Shown: positions 9,841-19,259, counted from the stretch's first letter. The stretch is 64,000 bases of DNA from Candidatus Delongbacteria bacterium (GCA_963663545.1 OY760505.1:1536001-1600000); one strand, 5' to 3'. Notes: generated from the sequence alone by a model not told the origin. Numbers and translations: made by a program.

Positions 9841-10661
9841 GATTCGCCTTGCGATTTGTGGGCTTCCAGCAGCAAACAACCGCCGTAAGTCTTGGGGATG
9901 CGCGTTTCCAGCTCGTTCAGCAGACGCACCGGAATCAGCCAGAACAGCTCCCACAGGCCAACCAGGGGAAGAAGAGCGTGTGATACAGACAGCATTCTCA
10001 TTGGCCAGCGCACACCAAGTCGCCAAGCCACACCACCTACAGCACCGTATGTGGAATGCACGTCTGCTGAATCAAAGCCGTTGCGTGTTACTCGACCTTG
10101 TATCACGCTGTGCTTGTACCCCTCACGGACGTGTTCGCCAACAGAAAACTCGCCGTGTTCCACTTCTTTTTCCGGCATCGATTCGGGCACCGCGGGAGTG
10201 TGTAACACAAGCCGACCGCCGGGTTTGAGCGCACGCGCGAAGCCTGCAAACACCGCCTCGTCGTCAAGAATGTGCTCCATCACGTCCACGTTCAGGATCA
10301 AATCGAACTCGGCCTCAAACTTCAGTTCGAGGAGATCTGCCTGCAGGTAATGGATGCCTTTGATTCCTCGTTGGCGGCAATACTCCTCTAACCCATCCAA
10401 TGCTGCCTGTTTGATGTCAACGGCAACAATCTCAGCTTCTGGAAAAAGCCGCCGCAGAAAGAGCGTGTACTGTCCATAGCCCGTGCCGGCGTCCAGAATG
10501 CGTTGCGGTCTTAGACCCGCTCGCTGCAATTGACGCAAACGGCGACGAATCTCCAACTCCCGCAAGAAAACCTGCCGGGTCATCAGCATAACCAGGGTGC
10601 GAATCCACGGACGCCGGGCGAAGCCGCGGGCCAATCGGTCTTTAATGGGGTCGTAATCCAT
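9837..10661 (-). CDS. Class I SAM-dependent methyltransferase
   Basis: ILDAGTGYG, VDVMEHI, LKPGG motifs. Confidence 0.85.
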   Translation of the reverse strand: MDYDPIKDRLARGFARRPWIRTLVMLMTRQVFLRELEIRRRLRQLQRAGLRPQRILDAGTGYGQYTLFLRRLFPEAEIVAVDIKQAALDGLEEYCRQRGIKGIHYLQADLLELKFEAEFDLILNVDVMEHILDDEAVFAGFARALKPGGRLVLHTPAVPESMPEKEVEHGEFSVGEHVREGYKHSVIQGRVTRNGFDSADVHSTYGAVGGVAWRLGVRWPMRMLSVSHALLPLVGLWELFWLIPVRLLNELETRIPKTYGGCLLLEAHKSQGES

Positions 10662-10955
10662 ACTGGAAGGTAGCAGTTAGGCTAGCAGAACACCAATGGA
10701 TAGTATTGTCAGAAATCCGTCAGATTTTGCACAGAGCACACAGAATCGTAGACAAGCTACTCGCGTTAAGCATTTAATAATTCATAACGGGGAAGGAGGT
10801 CCGCTTTTTGCGGGTGACAGCCTGTCCTAAACCTGACGAACTCACCACATCCGTGACCTGATTCCCCGAATACCGGGCGTGGTGCGCGTCTTCTGTTCAA
10901 AACTGAATCCATGTTCGCGACCCCCCAGTTTCGAACGCCGACAAAGGAGAACCTA

Positions 10956-11969
10956 ATGAAGCTTCGTACCCTGCTTTTTGCTGGCGCTGTCATGGTTGGA
11001 ATGGCCACAACAGCACAGGCGCAGATCTGGTGCAACATTCAGTGGCCGACGCCGGGCAACACAGTGGCCGGCAACGGTGACCTGACGGTCTACTCGCAGA
11101 TCTGGCTGCAAGATTGCACCCCTGGCTGCGGCGATTTGGTTGGTGAGCTGTACTATCGCGCCGAGGGCGAAACTGCGTTTACCGGCATTACGATGGCGTA
11201 CAACACCGCCGCGGGTAACAACGATGAGTACTCCGGAATCATTCCGCAGGCCGCGCTCGCAGGAAACACTGTCGATCTGTACGTGCGTTACATCCAGTTC
11301 AGCACTGGCGACGAATTCTATGCCAACGACGGTTACAATGACGACAATCCGGCCGTCTACTACATCGAGCACGCTGGTACCACGGTTGACTTCCAATATT
11401 TCGTTTGCGTGGACACTCATTGCATCGACGTCGATGCCGCTGGCATTGGTGTGACCGGAACCTTCAACGGCTGGGCCGACATTCTGCCGCTGTGCGAGAC
11501 AACAACAGATCTGTGGTGTGGCTGCATTGAGATTCCCGCTGGTACAACACCGCCCAGCTTCAGCTTCAAATTCCGCAATGGCACGGAATGGGAAAACAGC
11601 ATTGGCGACCGCACTTACACAATCGCCACTGGCCAGACTTGCGCAACTGGTGACTATCTGTGGGACGACTGGGATTGCGTAGTTGCCAGCGTTGACGAGA
11701 CGCCGCTGGAGTACACCTTGTCGCAGAACTATCCGAACCCCTTCAACCCCAGCACGACCATCAATTTCACTCTGGCCGAGACCGCCAGTGTTGAATTGAC
11801 AGTGTTCGATCTGATGGGACGCAAGGTCGCCACCTTGGCCCAGGGCTTGACCGAGGCGGGTGATCACAGTATTGAGTTCAACGCTGAGAACCTGAGCAGC
11901 GGCATCTACATCTACACGCTGAATGCGGGCGATGTCCAGATGAGCCGTCGCATGGTCCTCGTTAAGTAA
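10956..11969 (+). CDS. Secreted protein with T9SS-type C-terminal domain (possible carbohydrate-binding modules)
   Basis: Signal peptide MKLRTLLFAG..AQA, GTFNGW and FKFR..WE segments, LSQNYPNPFNPSTTI...LSSGIYIY...MVLVK; RBS AAGGAG. Confidence 0.8.
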   Translation: MKLRTLLFAGAVMVGMATTAQAQIWCNIQWPTPGNTVAGNGDLTVYSQIWLQDCTPGCGDLVGELYYRAEGETAFTGITMAYNTAAGNNDEYSGIIPQAALAGNTVDLYVRYIQFSTGDEFYANDGYNDDNPAVYYIEHAGTTVDFQYFVCVDTHCIDVDAAGIGVTGTFNGWADILPLCETTTDLWCGCIEIPAGTTPPSFSFKFRNGTEWENSIGDRTYTIATGQTCATGDYLWDDWDCVVASVDETPLEYTLSQNYPNPFNPSTTINFTLAETASVELTVFDLMGRKVATLAQGLTEAGDHSIEFNAENLSSGIYIYTLNAGDVQMSRRMVLVK

Positions 11970-11974
11970 TTGAG

Positions 11975-12002
11975 TTGCGGCGGCGTGCCACCGCACTTTT
12001 TT
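11975..12002 (+). terminator. Rho-independent terminator of the T9SS cargo gene
   Basis: TGCGGCGGC..GCCACCGCA hairpin then TTTTTT. Confidence 0.65.
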
Positions 12003-12021
12003 GGATGACGGAGAGGTGATT

Positions 12022-12202
12022 GGTTGGGCTGTTCGTGAGACCCGCGTAACACACCCGCCCGGCCCCGACCGCCCGGGTGTATGCGAAACTTCGGGAATGA
12101 TTCCCGGGGCGGGTCAAGCGGTTGTCGACCCGTGGAAGTCCGGAAAGACGTGATCAGCAACTCAGGTCTCACGCGACCATAAGTCTGAAGACAGCTACAA
12201 CC
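12022..12202 (+). ncRNA. Candidate ~180-nt structured non-coding RNA (family unassigned)
   Basis: Ends pair (GGTTGGGCTGT 12022-12032 with ACAGCTACAACC 12191-12202), perfect 9-bp CGTGAGACC/GGTCTCACG stem, internal hairpins, flanked by terminators. Confidence 0.5.
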
Positions 12203-12203
12203 T

Positions 12204-12229
12204 AAAGGCCCCAATCGCGGGGCCTTTTT
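12204..12229 (+). terminator. Rho-independent terminator
   Basis: AAAGGCCCC-aatcgc-GGGGCCTTT followed by TT. Confidence 0.75.
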
Positions 12230-12240
12230 ATATTTGGCGC

Positions 12241-12585
12241 ATGATGGAACATGACATTCGCCCCTGGGGCGCCTATTACGTCTTGGCCGATGAGGTCGAT
12301 CACAAGGTGAAGCGCATCGTTGTCAAGCCCGGCTGCCGCCTCAGCCTGCAGCGACACCAGCAGCGCAGCGAGCATTGGCACGTGGTCAGCGGCAAAGCGC
12401 TTGTCACGCTTGACGAGCAGCAGATTCCTCTGACGGCGGGAGAATCCGTGGACATTCCGCTGCGCGCGTGGCACCGCGTAGCCTGTATCAGCGCTGAGGA
12501 TCTGGTCTTCATTGAAGTGCAGCATGGCAGCTATTTCGGTGAGGACGATATCGAGCGCCGCGAGGACGATTTCGGCAGAAGCTGA
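12241..12585 (+). CDS. Stand-alone type II phosphomannose isomerase C-terminal cupin domain
   Basis: RPWG, VKRIVVKPG..LSLQRH..RSEHW, FIEVQHGSYFGEDDI. Confidence 0.85.
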   Translation: MMEHDIRPWGAYYVLADEVDHKVKRIVVKPGCRLSLQRHQQRSEHWHVVSGKALVTLDEQQIPLTAGESVDIPLRAWHRVACISAEDLVFIEVQHGSYFGEDDIERREDDFGRS

Positions 12586-12867
12586 GCCAAAGAGAAACGG
12601 CGCCAAAAGGCGCCGCGCTCCGGGATGTATCCCCTCGCGAATGCCACCGGTGGCCCGGCGCATCTCGCTTCCCGTCAGTAATCGACGGGGAAGATGCAAG
12701 CTTTGTGCCTGTTTCACACACATAGACAATCGGCTACAGCGCTTACAGTGCCACTCTTGGCGCACTGAGGAATGTTCAGAATCGGGCAAACAACGTTTGA
12801 TTCTTGAACACAACCCTAATGCACAAAGGCAAGGATCGGTTGACTAGCTGAGTGAATAAATAAACTA

Positions 12868-13965
12868 TAGGGCTACTTAGAAGTCCTGTCCGAAACACGA
12901 CATACAGACTTGACGCGTGATGGGTTTTCGAAGAGCGATGTAACAGCTTCCACCAGGCGATCTAGCAACTCCTCGTGAGAACTACCGTACCAACCTGCAA
13001 ACCAGTGCTCTTTGATGTACTTCCACAGACGCTCGATCGGATTCAGATCTGGCGAGTACGGCGGAAGATAAAGCGGCTTGATGTTGTGCCAATTCAAACA
13101 CTTAGCGTGATGCCACGAAGCATTATCCAGCACCATAACCGTCGGTCGCCCATGGGTTTGATGGTCGAACTCATCCAGAAAGACCTGGAACACCTCTGCA
13201 TTCGTTCTGCTGAAAACGAGCGTAGTGAATTCGCCAGTATCCGGTTGAATCGCACCAATCAAGCTTTGACGGATGTGCTTTCCAGTGACTGGACAGACCG
13301 GCTTCGTGCCTCTCTTCGCCCACTGGGCCTTCGGCCTTGGGTCCGCCAAGAAGCCAGCCTCGTCCATGAACCAGACCTGAACCTCGTGATTATTAAGGGC
13401 TTGATGCAGGCCGTCGACAAACACTTCGCGCTTTTCGTCGTCGCGTTCGGGGGATTCGGGCCGTGGCACTAAACGCCGATAGCCTGCATCGCGCACCAGA
13501 CGAGTCAAAGTGGAATAGCCAATCTGATGCGCCAGGACCGGTTTGATCTGCTCGTGCAGCTTCAGAAGGGTCCAGTGAGATTCACCCACAAACTCAGGGT
13601 GATCCAGATTGTAGAGGATGATCTCCTCCTCAATCTCTGAGACGAGCGACGGTCGGCCAGCACGGCTTGCGCTGGCTAGGGAATCAATCCCGCCCTCGTT
13701 GAAAAGCTGGATGTAGCGTCGAACAGAACGTGTGCTAACCATTGCGATATCAGCTATTTGTTCTTCGCTGTGGCCCTTGATGGCCAGTCGGACAACCGCC
13801 AGTCGATTGGCCATATCTCTGTCGGCTGTGGCGCGAATGGTCAGTTCGATATTGGCAAGGCTATCGTTTTCGGGGTTGGGTGGTATGACTTGTCGCATGC
13901 ATCAAGATGAGACTTTCAGCCGAGCAAAAACAGAGGGTCTTGGACAGAGCTTATGAGCACCCCTA
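12868..13965 (-). mobile_element. IS630-family insertion sequence, apparently intact
   Basis: Imperfect terminal IRs TAGGGCTACTTAGAAGTCCTGTCC / TAGGGGTGCTCATAAGCTCTGTCC, flanked by TA dinucleotides (12866-67, 13966-67). Confidence 0.88.
12873..13898 (-). CDS. IS630-family transposase
   Basis: N-terminal HTH, WFMDEAGF, VLDNASWH, LPPYSPDLNPIERLW DDE motifs. Confidence 0.92.
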   Translation of the reverse strand: MRQVIPPNPENDSLANIELTIRATADRDMANRLAVVRLAIKGHSEEQIADIAMVSTRSVRRYIQLFNEGGIDSLASASRAGRPSLVSEIEEEIILYNLDHPEFVGESHWTLLKLHEQIKPVLAHQIGYSTLTRLVRDAGYRRLVPRPESPERDDEKREVFVDGLHQALNNHEVQVWFMDEAGFLADPRPKAQWAKRGTKPVCPVTGKHIRQSLIGAIQPDTGEFTTLVFSRTNAEVFQVFLDEFDHQTHGRPTVMVLDNASWHHAKCLNWHNIKPLYLPPYSPDLNPIERLWKYIKEHWFAGWYGSSHEELLDRLVEAVTSLFENPSRVKSVCRVSDRTSK

Positions 13966-14152
13966 TAAGACAAGAACAACGAGTGAACTGCCCGTGATGC
14001 GGTTGGAGGATTCTCGTCTGAAGTATGCGAAAGGCCAATTGCCTGACTCGCGGTGTTTGATCGAGAAAGCTCCAGACGGACACCAGAACGTGCGGTAGCC
14101 AACCCGCGGATATCAGTCTGATTCACCGTCGATGAATCACGGGAGGCAAGAA

Positions 14153-14181
14153 GCCCCCGGTTCCCTTCCGGGACCGGGGGC
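14153..14181 (-). terminator. GC hairpin, probable terminator of the disrupted T9SS gene
   Basis: GCCCCCGGT(T)CCC-ttcc-GGGACCGGGGGC with a short U-rich tail on the minus strand. Confidence 0.5.
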
Positions 14182-14234
14182 CTTGAAAACAAACATTGGG
14201 AATCAAGTAAGCCCTTGACTTCGGTCGTTCCATA

Positions 14235-14438
14235 TCACTTCACAAGTGTGATTTGAATGCACTCCGTGTGACCGCCGAGCTCGAGACTGCAGGTGTATAC
14301 TCCCGATGCTAGACGGGACGCGTCAAAATTGAACGTGTGTGATCCTGCAACCAGATGTCCTTTGAACACCGAGGCCACTTCCTGCCCAAGGCTATTGAAA
14401 ACCAAAAGGTTTGCATCACCTGGATTTGGTGTCTCAAG
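14235..14438 (-). pseudogene. 3' remnant (T9SS CTD) of an IS3-disrupted secreted-protein gene
   Basis: VFNSLGQEVA...LASGVYTC...ITLVK; truncated at the IS end and lacking the PNPFNP start of the CTD. Confidence 0.7.
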
Positions 14439-14502
14439 AGAAGTGGACCCCATTCGCTGGACAGTTTGGCGGCGTAGTTAAGGTGGACTCCCTGTGCATG
14501 GC

Positions 14503-15357
14503 TCATGCCGCCTTTTCTTCCGGCTCTTGAAGGTACGTTTCAAAAGGCGTTCTTCCGCCCTCGAGTGAAGAGTGCGGACGGTCGTGGTTGTAGTAGCGCA
14601 TCCAATCGTCGATCAGCCTTCTGGCCCCCCCTCCCGTCTCCAGCTCGTGCAAGTAAATGCACTCGTACTTCAGCGAGCGCCAGAGTCGCTCAATGAAGCG
14701 GTTGTCCATCCAGCGGCCCCTGCCATCCATCGAAATGCGAATTCCTTCCTGCTTCAGCACTCCTGTGAAGTCCAGACTGGTGAATTGGCTACCCTGGTCC
14801 GTGTTGAAGACCTCCGGTCGTCCATACCTCCGTATTGCCTCTTCCAGCGCTTCCACGCAGAAGTGGCTGTCCATTGTGTTACTGAGGCGCCAGGACAGTA
14901 CTGCGCGTGTTGCCCAGTCCATGATGGCCACCAAGTACAGGAAGCCACGGCGCATCGGGATGTAGGTGATGTCCGCGCACCAGACCTGGTTCGGACGATC
15001 AATCACCATGTGTCTGAGCAGATAAGGGTAGATCTTGTGTTGCGGGTGTGGCTCGCTGGTCTTTGGCGCGCAGTAGATCGCTGCCATGCCCATCTTGCGC
15101 ATCAAGCGTTGCACGCGCTTTCGTCCCACGCAGTAGCCTTGGCGACGCAGGTAGCGCGCCATCTGTCTGGATCCCAGGAAGGGGTGCTGCATGAATTCTT
15201 CGTCGATCAAGCGCATCAGCTTCAGGTTGAGCGGCGATTCGCCCTTGCCCGTGTAGTAGAAGGACGAGCGGGCGATGGACACCAACTGACACTGCCTGTG
15301 GATGCTGAGCCTGGGGTGATTGGGATCCACCATCTCGACTCTCCGACCGTGGCTCAT
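14503..15357 (-). CDS. IS3-family transposase OrfB (rve integrase core)
   Basis: WCADITYI, YLVAIMD, FNTDQGSQF, DNRFIERLWRSLKYE. Confidence 0.92.
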   Translation of the reverse strand: MSHGRRVEMVDPNHPRLSIHRQCQLVSIARSSFYYTGKGESPLNLKLMRLIDEEFMQHPFLGSRQMARYLRRQGYCVGRKRVQRLMRKMGMAAIYCAPKTSEPHPQHKIYPYLLRHMVIDRPNQVWCADITYIPMRRGFLYLVAIMDWATRAVLSWRLSNTMDSHFCVEALEEAIRRYGRPEVFNTDQGSQFTSLDFTGVLKQEGIRISMDGRGRWMDNRFIERLWRSLKYECIYLHELETGGGARRLIDDWMRYYNHDRPHSSLEGGRTPFETYLQEPEEKAA

Positions 15358-15635
15358 CGACCGAAGGCTTTGGCTAAAAAATCCCGTTCCATGGTCAGCT
15401 GGCCGACCTTGGCCTGCAGATCCTTGATTTCGGCTTCACGACCATCTGTAGCGAGCTCGCTTTTCTTGGCGAAGAGGGCAGGCAGATCCTCCTGCACCTT
15501 GCGTTTCCATTGGGCGATCATGTTGGGGTGCAGGTCGTGTTTTGCAGCCAGCTCAGCCAGCGTGTAGGCCCCGGACAGCGCTTCCAACGCAACACGGGCT
15601 TTGAATTCGGCAGGGAAAGTACGTCGTTTCTTCAT
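15354..15635 (-). CDS. IS3-family transposase OrfA (HTH)
   Basis: KRRTFPAEFKARVAL...LQAKVGQLTMERDFLAKA; ATGA overlap with orfB. Confidence 0.88.
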   Translation of the reverse strand: MKKRRTFPAEFKARVALEALSGAYTLAELAAKHDLHPNMIAQWKRKVQEDLPALFAKKSELATDGREAEIKDLQAKVGQLTMERDFLAKAFGR

Positions 15636-15705
15636 GGCTCCAGTCCTCATGTCGATAGGATGGGAGACACCTTAACATACTGTCCGAAAAAGCGGCCCCA
15701 CTTCT

Positions 15706-16036
15706 GTATTCCCAGGAATTCCCAAAATCTCGGCTATATAATATTTCATTACCATTCTTTCGTATAACCTGGTTTGGTGAGTATTGGTTTACATAAATTG
15801 ATCCAATAGTCTGAAATATGACTTGTTGATAAGGATTCCAAGTCACCCCCTGGTCATTGGAATACGCATTATGTAGGTACAAATTGTTCGCATTCATAGG
15901 ATCCACTGTGAGAATGGCAAGCTCACCACTACTAACCAACGAATCCGGAATACTCAATTCCCGAGTATTCCAACATGTTGCAAAGCTCTGGAGTGTCACA
16001 ATCAATGGCACAATAGGAAATATCATCTCTCTCATT
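15706..16036 (-). pseudogene. 5' remnant of an AT-rich secreted BNR/Asp-box protein truncated by IS3
   Basis: Signal-like MIFPIVPLIVTLQSFA, Asp-box motifs SNDQGVTW and SRDFGNSW; frame runs into the IS end. Confidence 0.55.
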
Positions 16037-16875
16037 ACTCTCCCTCCGCCACCAGTGAGACCCCTAGTAAAACGATCAGCAAGAAGAATCTCTTCATACC
16101 GCGTCCTCTCTTCCCTGAATACTGAAACCTGCAGGAGAGTACCACACGCCAACGAAAGCTCATGGCACCTGACTATAAGAACACTGAGCAACGCGCCAAC
16201 CGCCTCCATGACAATAACACGCCAAGGAGTAGCTCGTAATCCGGCTCTGTCTATTTCTGAACACAAAATTGCTCCAGTCGCACCAATAGAGAACGAATCG
16301 GTGATGCTCAGGCCTCGCTGCACCGCTCGGATAAATCCATACAGAACAACAGGGGGACCTTCTCATCTTGGCAATGGCCCTATACACCACCCACACCGCA
16401 TCCTGACACAACCGCCGCAGCTGCCACTCATCCCCATCACTCAATCGCTGCGACAACTTCACCCTTTCCCCCGACTTCACATCCGTCCGATACGCCGTTG
16501 CGTGCCACCGGCCCGTGGGCTGTTCCACGGCTTCGATGGTGACGTGGTAGACGGGCCTGGGCTTGCCCTGCTGTTCGAGTTTAAGTTCCATTCCAGATTC
16601 GCCGTCGCTGTTGCTGCTGTTATGTAACACTCCGCTATCCTTTATCCAACGAGAACTTCTCCCCCCGAGTAATTCTGTTACTCATCACCCCCTCTACTCA
16701 GTATCTTGTACCTACACCATACAGATTTAGCTTCACGCACTAAACGAACAGAACGCATCTGTCAGGAATATGCGCAAGCAATAATTAGCTCATGAGGGTG
16801 ATGGCTATGAAACGATCAAAGCTACGCATATAGTCCACAAGAGTAGTGGCTGCTGCTGGCCTAGTGGGAGTGCTA

Positions 16876-17524
16876 TAGGGCTACTTAGATGTCTTGTCCG
16901 AAACACGGCACACAGACCTAACGCGTAGTGTGTTCTCGAACAGCGACTTGACCGCCTCCACCAGACGCTCCAGCAATTTTTCGTGGGTCTTGCAGTACCA
17001 GCCCGTAAACCAGCTATCTTTTATGTACTTCCATAGACGCTCAGTTGGGTTCAAATCAGGCGTGTCAGTGTGGAGTAGCCAGTCTGATGGGCCAGGATCG
17101 GTTTGATCCGCACGTGCAGCTTCAGAAGAGTCCAGTGGGATTCTCCCACGAACTCAGGGTGATCCACATTGTAGAGGATTACCTCCACCCCAACATCTGA
17201 GACGAGCGGCGGTCGTCCAGCACGGCTTGCGCTGGCAAGGGAATCAATCCCGCCCTCGTTGAAAAGCTGGATATTGCGTCGAACAGAACGTGTGCTAACC
17301 ATTTCGATTTCAGCAATTTGCTCTTCGCTGTGGCCCTAGATGGCCAGCCGGACAACCGCCAGTCGATTGGCCATATCTCTGTCGGCTGTGGCGCGTATGG
17401 TCAGTTCGATATTGGCAAGGCTATCGTTTTCGGGGTTGGGCGTTTCGATTTGAAGCATGCTTCAAAGTGCAGAAACTCGCTGAGCAGAAACAGGGAGTGG
17501 CCAGAAACTATGGGCCCCCCCATA
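16876..17524 (-). pseudogene. Degenerate, internally deleted copy of the IS630 element
   Basis: Near-identical to 12868-13965 at both ends (e.g. GAATCAATCCCGCCCTCGTTGAAAAGCTGG) but lacks ~450 bp of the DDE region; reading frame broken. Confidence 0.85.
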
Positions 17525-17592
17525 AATGCCTTGCGCAGCGGTGGACTGGTTATTTCGAGGGAGTTCGCGGCCTGCTCTTCGGTAGAGGCTAG

Positions 17593-17745
17593 CTACTTGG
17601 GTAGCTTCTCCGTCAGTCGGAGCTCCACCGCACCAACAATGAGAAGTACACCCGCAGCCAAAGCGAAGTTATGCTGCTCCAGCAGGAAGTAAAATCCGCC
17701 TCCATACATCAGACCAGAAAGGATGCGTTGCCAAGTGATCTTCAT
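17593..17745 (-). CDS. Small 50-aa hydrophobic protein (below ORF-track cutoff)
   Basis: MKITWQRILSGLMYGGGFYFLLEQHNFALAAGVLLIVGAVELRLTEKLPK; RBS CCAGGAG about 6 nt upstream. Confidence 0.55.
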   Translation of the reverse strand: MKITWQRILSGLMYGGGFYFLLEQHNFALAAGVLLIVGAVELRLTEKLPK

Positions 17746-18061
17746 CTGTTACTCCTGGTTGTGAGTTGTGTGCTTACCTGGAAAGCCAAATCCCGTGATT
17801 CTAGCGAAGGATTCGGCTGTCTGGCGTACTTCACGCGTGTCACCTATCTGCTCATTTCACTAAAGCCACCTTCATCGTCTCCTTCCTATATTGAAGGTCT
17901 GTATAGACACATACTACGAGTAATAAGAAGTACGCTTCTTAGCACCACTATCCAATTTTTCTGTGCATCACGAAGAAATTTCTCAGCTTCACCCATCGAA
18001 AACTACACACGAAAACGGGTGTTGCGGTTCGAAATAGAATAACTCGTGTGTAAGCTGTAAG

Positions 18062-18145
18062 TACCAGAGGAGGGACTCGAACCCTCACATCCCGAAGGAC
18101 AACAGATTTTGAGTCTGTCGCGTCTACCAATTCCGCCACTCTGGC
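18062..18145 (-). tRNA. tRNA-Leu(CAA); CCA not encoded
   Basis: GCCAGAGTGGCGGAATTGGTAGACGCG ACAGA-CTCAAAA-TCTGT, long variable arm, GGTTCGAGTCC, CTCTGGTA. Confidence 0.96.
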
Positions 18146-18421
18146 AAAGTGTCCCGTCTGCAAAGCTGCAGAGAAGACGAGGGCCCAATATAGCATGAAA
18201 GCCCAGTAGAGTCACGCGTCAGGTAGCGATATGCGCTGCATTTTCTTGAAATTTGAAGGATCGCTTTGTTACTGGGAACACACTGACTTGTATTCAACTA
18301 AGATGGGTTTTCGCAAAGGACGCATTTCGCGACAAATCCGATCACCGTCAGGAAAGCAGGTGAGGGATTAGCCAAATTCACGGGTCAATAAACAAGCGGA
18401 CCGTGGTAGAAAGGACGAACC

Positions 18422-19051
18422 ATGAAGAAGATGATGTGGACGCTGGCGCTGGTCATCAGTGTGGCCCTGGTAGGCAGCGTAGCCGCTGGTGTCGGCTGCA
18501 GCGGATGCAAGACCAAGACCCAGCAGACCAGTACAGCGGTCACGACAACTCCGGGATGCACCTCTCACGCGGAGGCCGCAACGCCCGCCCCATGCAGCGG
18601 CACCTGCTCCGGTCATCAGGATCAGGCCAAGAAGGGAGAGCACACCTGTAGCGGAACTTGCGCCCAGCATGCCAACGGTCAGCCCTGCAATCCTGCCACC
18701 TGTAGCGCTCACGCCAACGGCCAGCCCTGCAGCGGCAATTGTGCCACCACCTGTGCAGTGAAGGCCGCCGGCCAGCCCTGCCCCGGCAACTGCCAGACCA
18801 TGCACGTGGGTCAGGCCTGCACACCCGAATCCTGCACCTACTGCAGCACCTTCAAAACCGTTCTTGAGGGCGGCGCGATGCCCGAGCATGAGTGCGTTGA
18901 TCACGCCAACTGCCAGATTTGCGCGGCTGCTACAGCAGCTCTGCAAGTGCGCAATGCGCCCAAGCCCGCCGAAACGCCGACTCCCTGCGCTCCCGGTTGC
19001 ACCGGCACCTGTGGCCCGAAGAAGGCTGGAGAGGCGCCGGCGAAGTCCTGA
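18422..19051 (+). CDS. Exported Cys/His-rich repeat protein
   Basis: Signal peptide, 23 Cys and 8 His, repeated CxxxCxxHxxGQP units; RBS AAAGGA; downstream terminator. Confidence 0.75.
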   Translation: MKKMMWTLALVISVALVGSVAAGVGCSGCKTKTQQTSTAVTTTPGCTSHAEAATPAPCSGTCSGHQDQAKKGEHTCSGTCAQHANGQPCNPATCSAHANGQPCSGNCATTCAVKAAGQPCPGNCQTMHVGQACTPESCTYCSTFKTVLEGGAMPEHECVDHANCQICAAATAALQVRNAPKPAETPTPCAPGCTGTCGPKKAGEAPAKS

Positions 19052-19103
19052 CCTCTGCACCTGGCTGCCGGTCAAGCATCGGCAGTTTTCTTATTCGACG
19101 AGC

Positions 19104-19133
19104 AAAAACGGTCGGCTGCGGTCGACCGTTTTC
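19104..19133 (+). terminator. Terminator after the Cys-rich gene
   Basis: AAAACGGTCGGC-tgc-GGTCGACCGTTTT hairpin. Confidence 0.6.
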
Positions 19134-19259
19134 TATCTGTGATTGCGTCACCGCGCCCTCGCACCGAAGCCCTCCCGCTGTCCGGGTTGGCCACGAAAAA
19201 CAGCAACGGCCGGCAAACGCCGGCCGCTACCTGTATCTGCGGGAAAGCAAGACGCTGAA

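Larger units (their letters stand above)
14439..15705 (-). mobile_element. IS3-family insertion sequence
   Basis: IRs AGAAGTGGACCCCATTCGCTGGACAGT / AGAAGTGGGGCCGCTTTTTCGGACAGT; orfA and orfB in -1 arrangement; no clear target duplication. Confidence 0.88.

Noticed and set aside
12084..12191. Hammerhead-like cores CGAAAC and CTGAAGA, and SRP/RNase P-like GTCCGGAA, in the candidate RNA
   Set aside because: Stem topology does not place GAAA after stem II, and the other conserved SRP/RNase P nucleotides are missing.
16160..16630. 156-aa minus-strand ORF in the IS patch
   Set aside because: No recognisable motif and it overlaps other equally weak ORFs; may be a real small gene but cannot be supported.
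17948..18215. ORFs overlapping the tRNA
   Set aside because: Explained by the tRNA-Leu gene.
18422..19051. Multiheme cytochrome c call for the Cys/His-rich protein
   Set aside because: No CxxCH motif; spacing is CX3-4C-X2-3-H.
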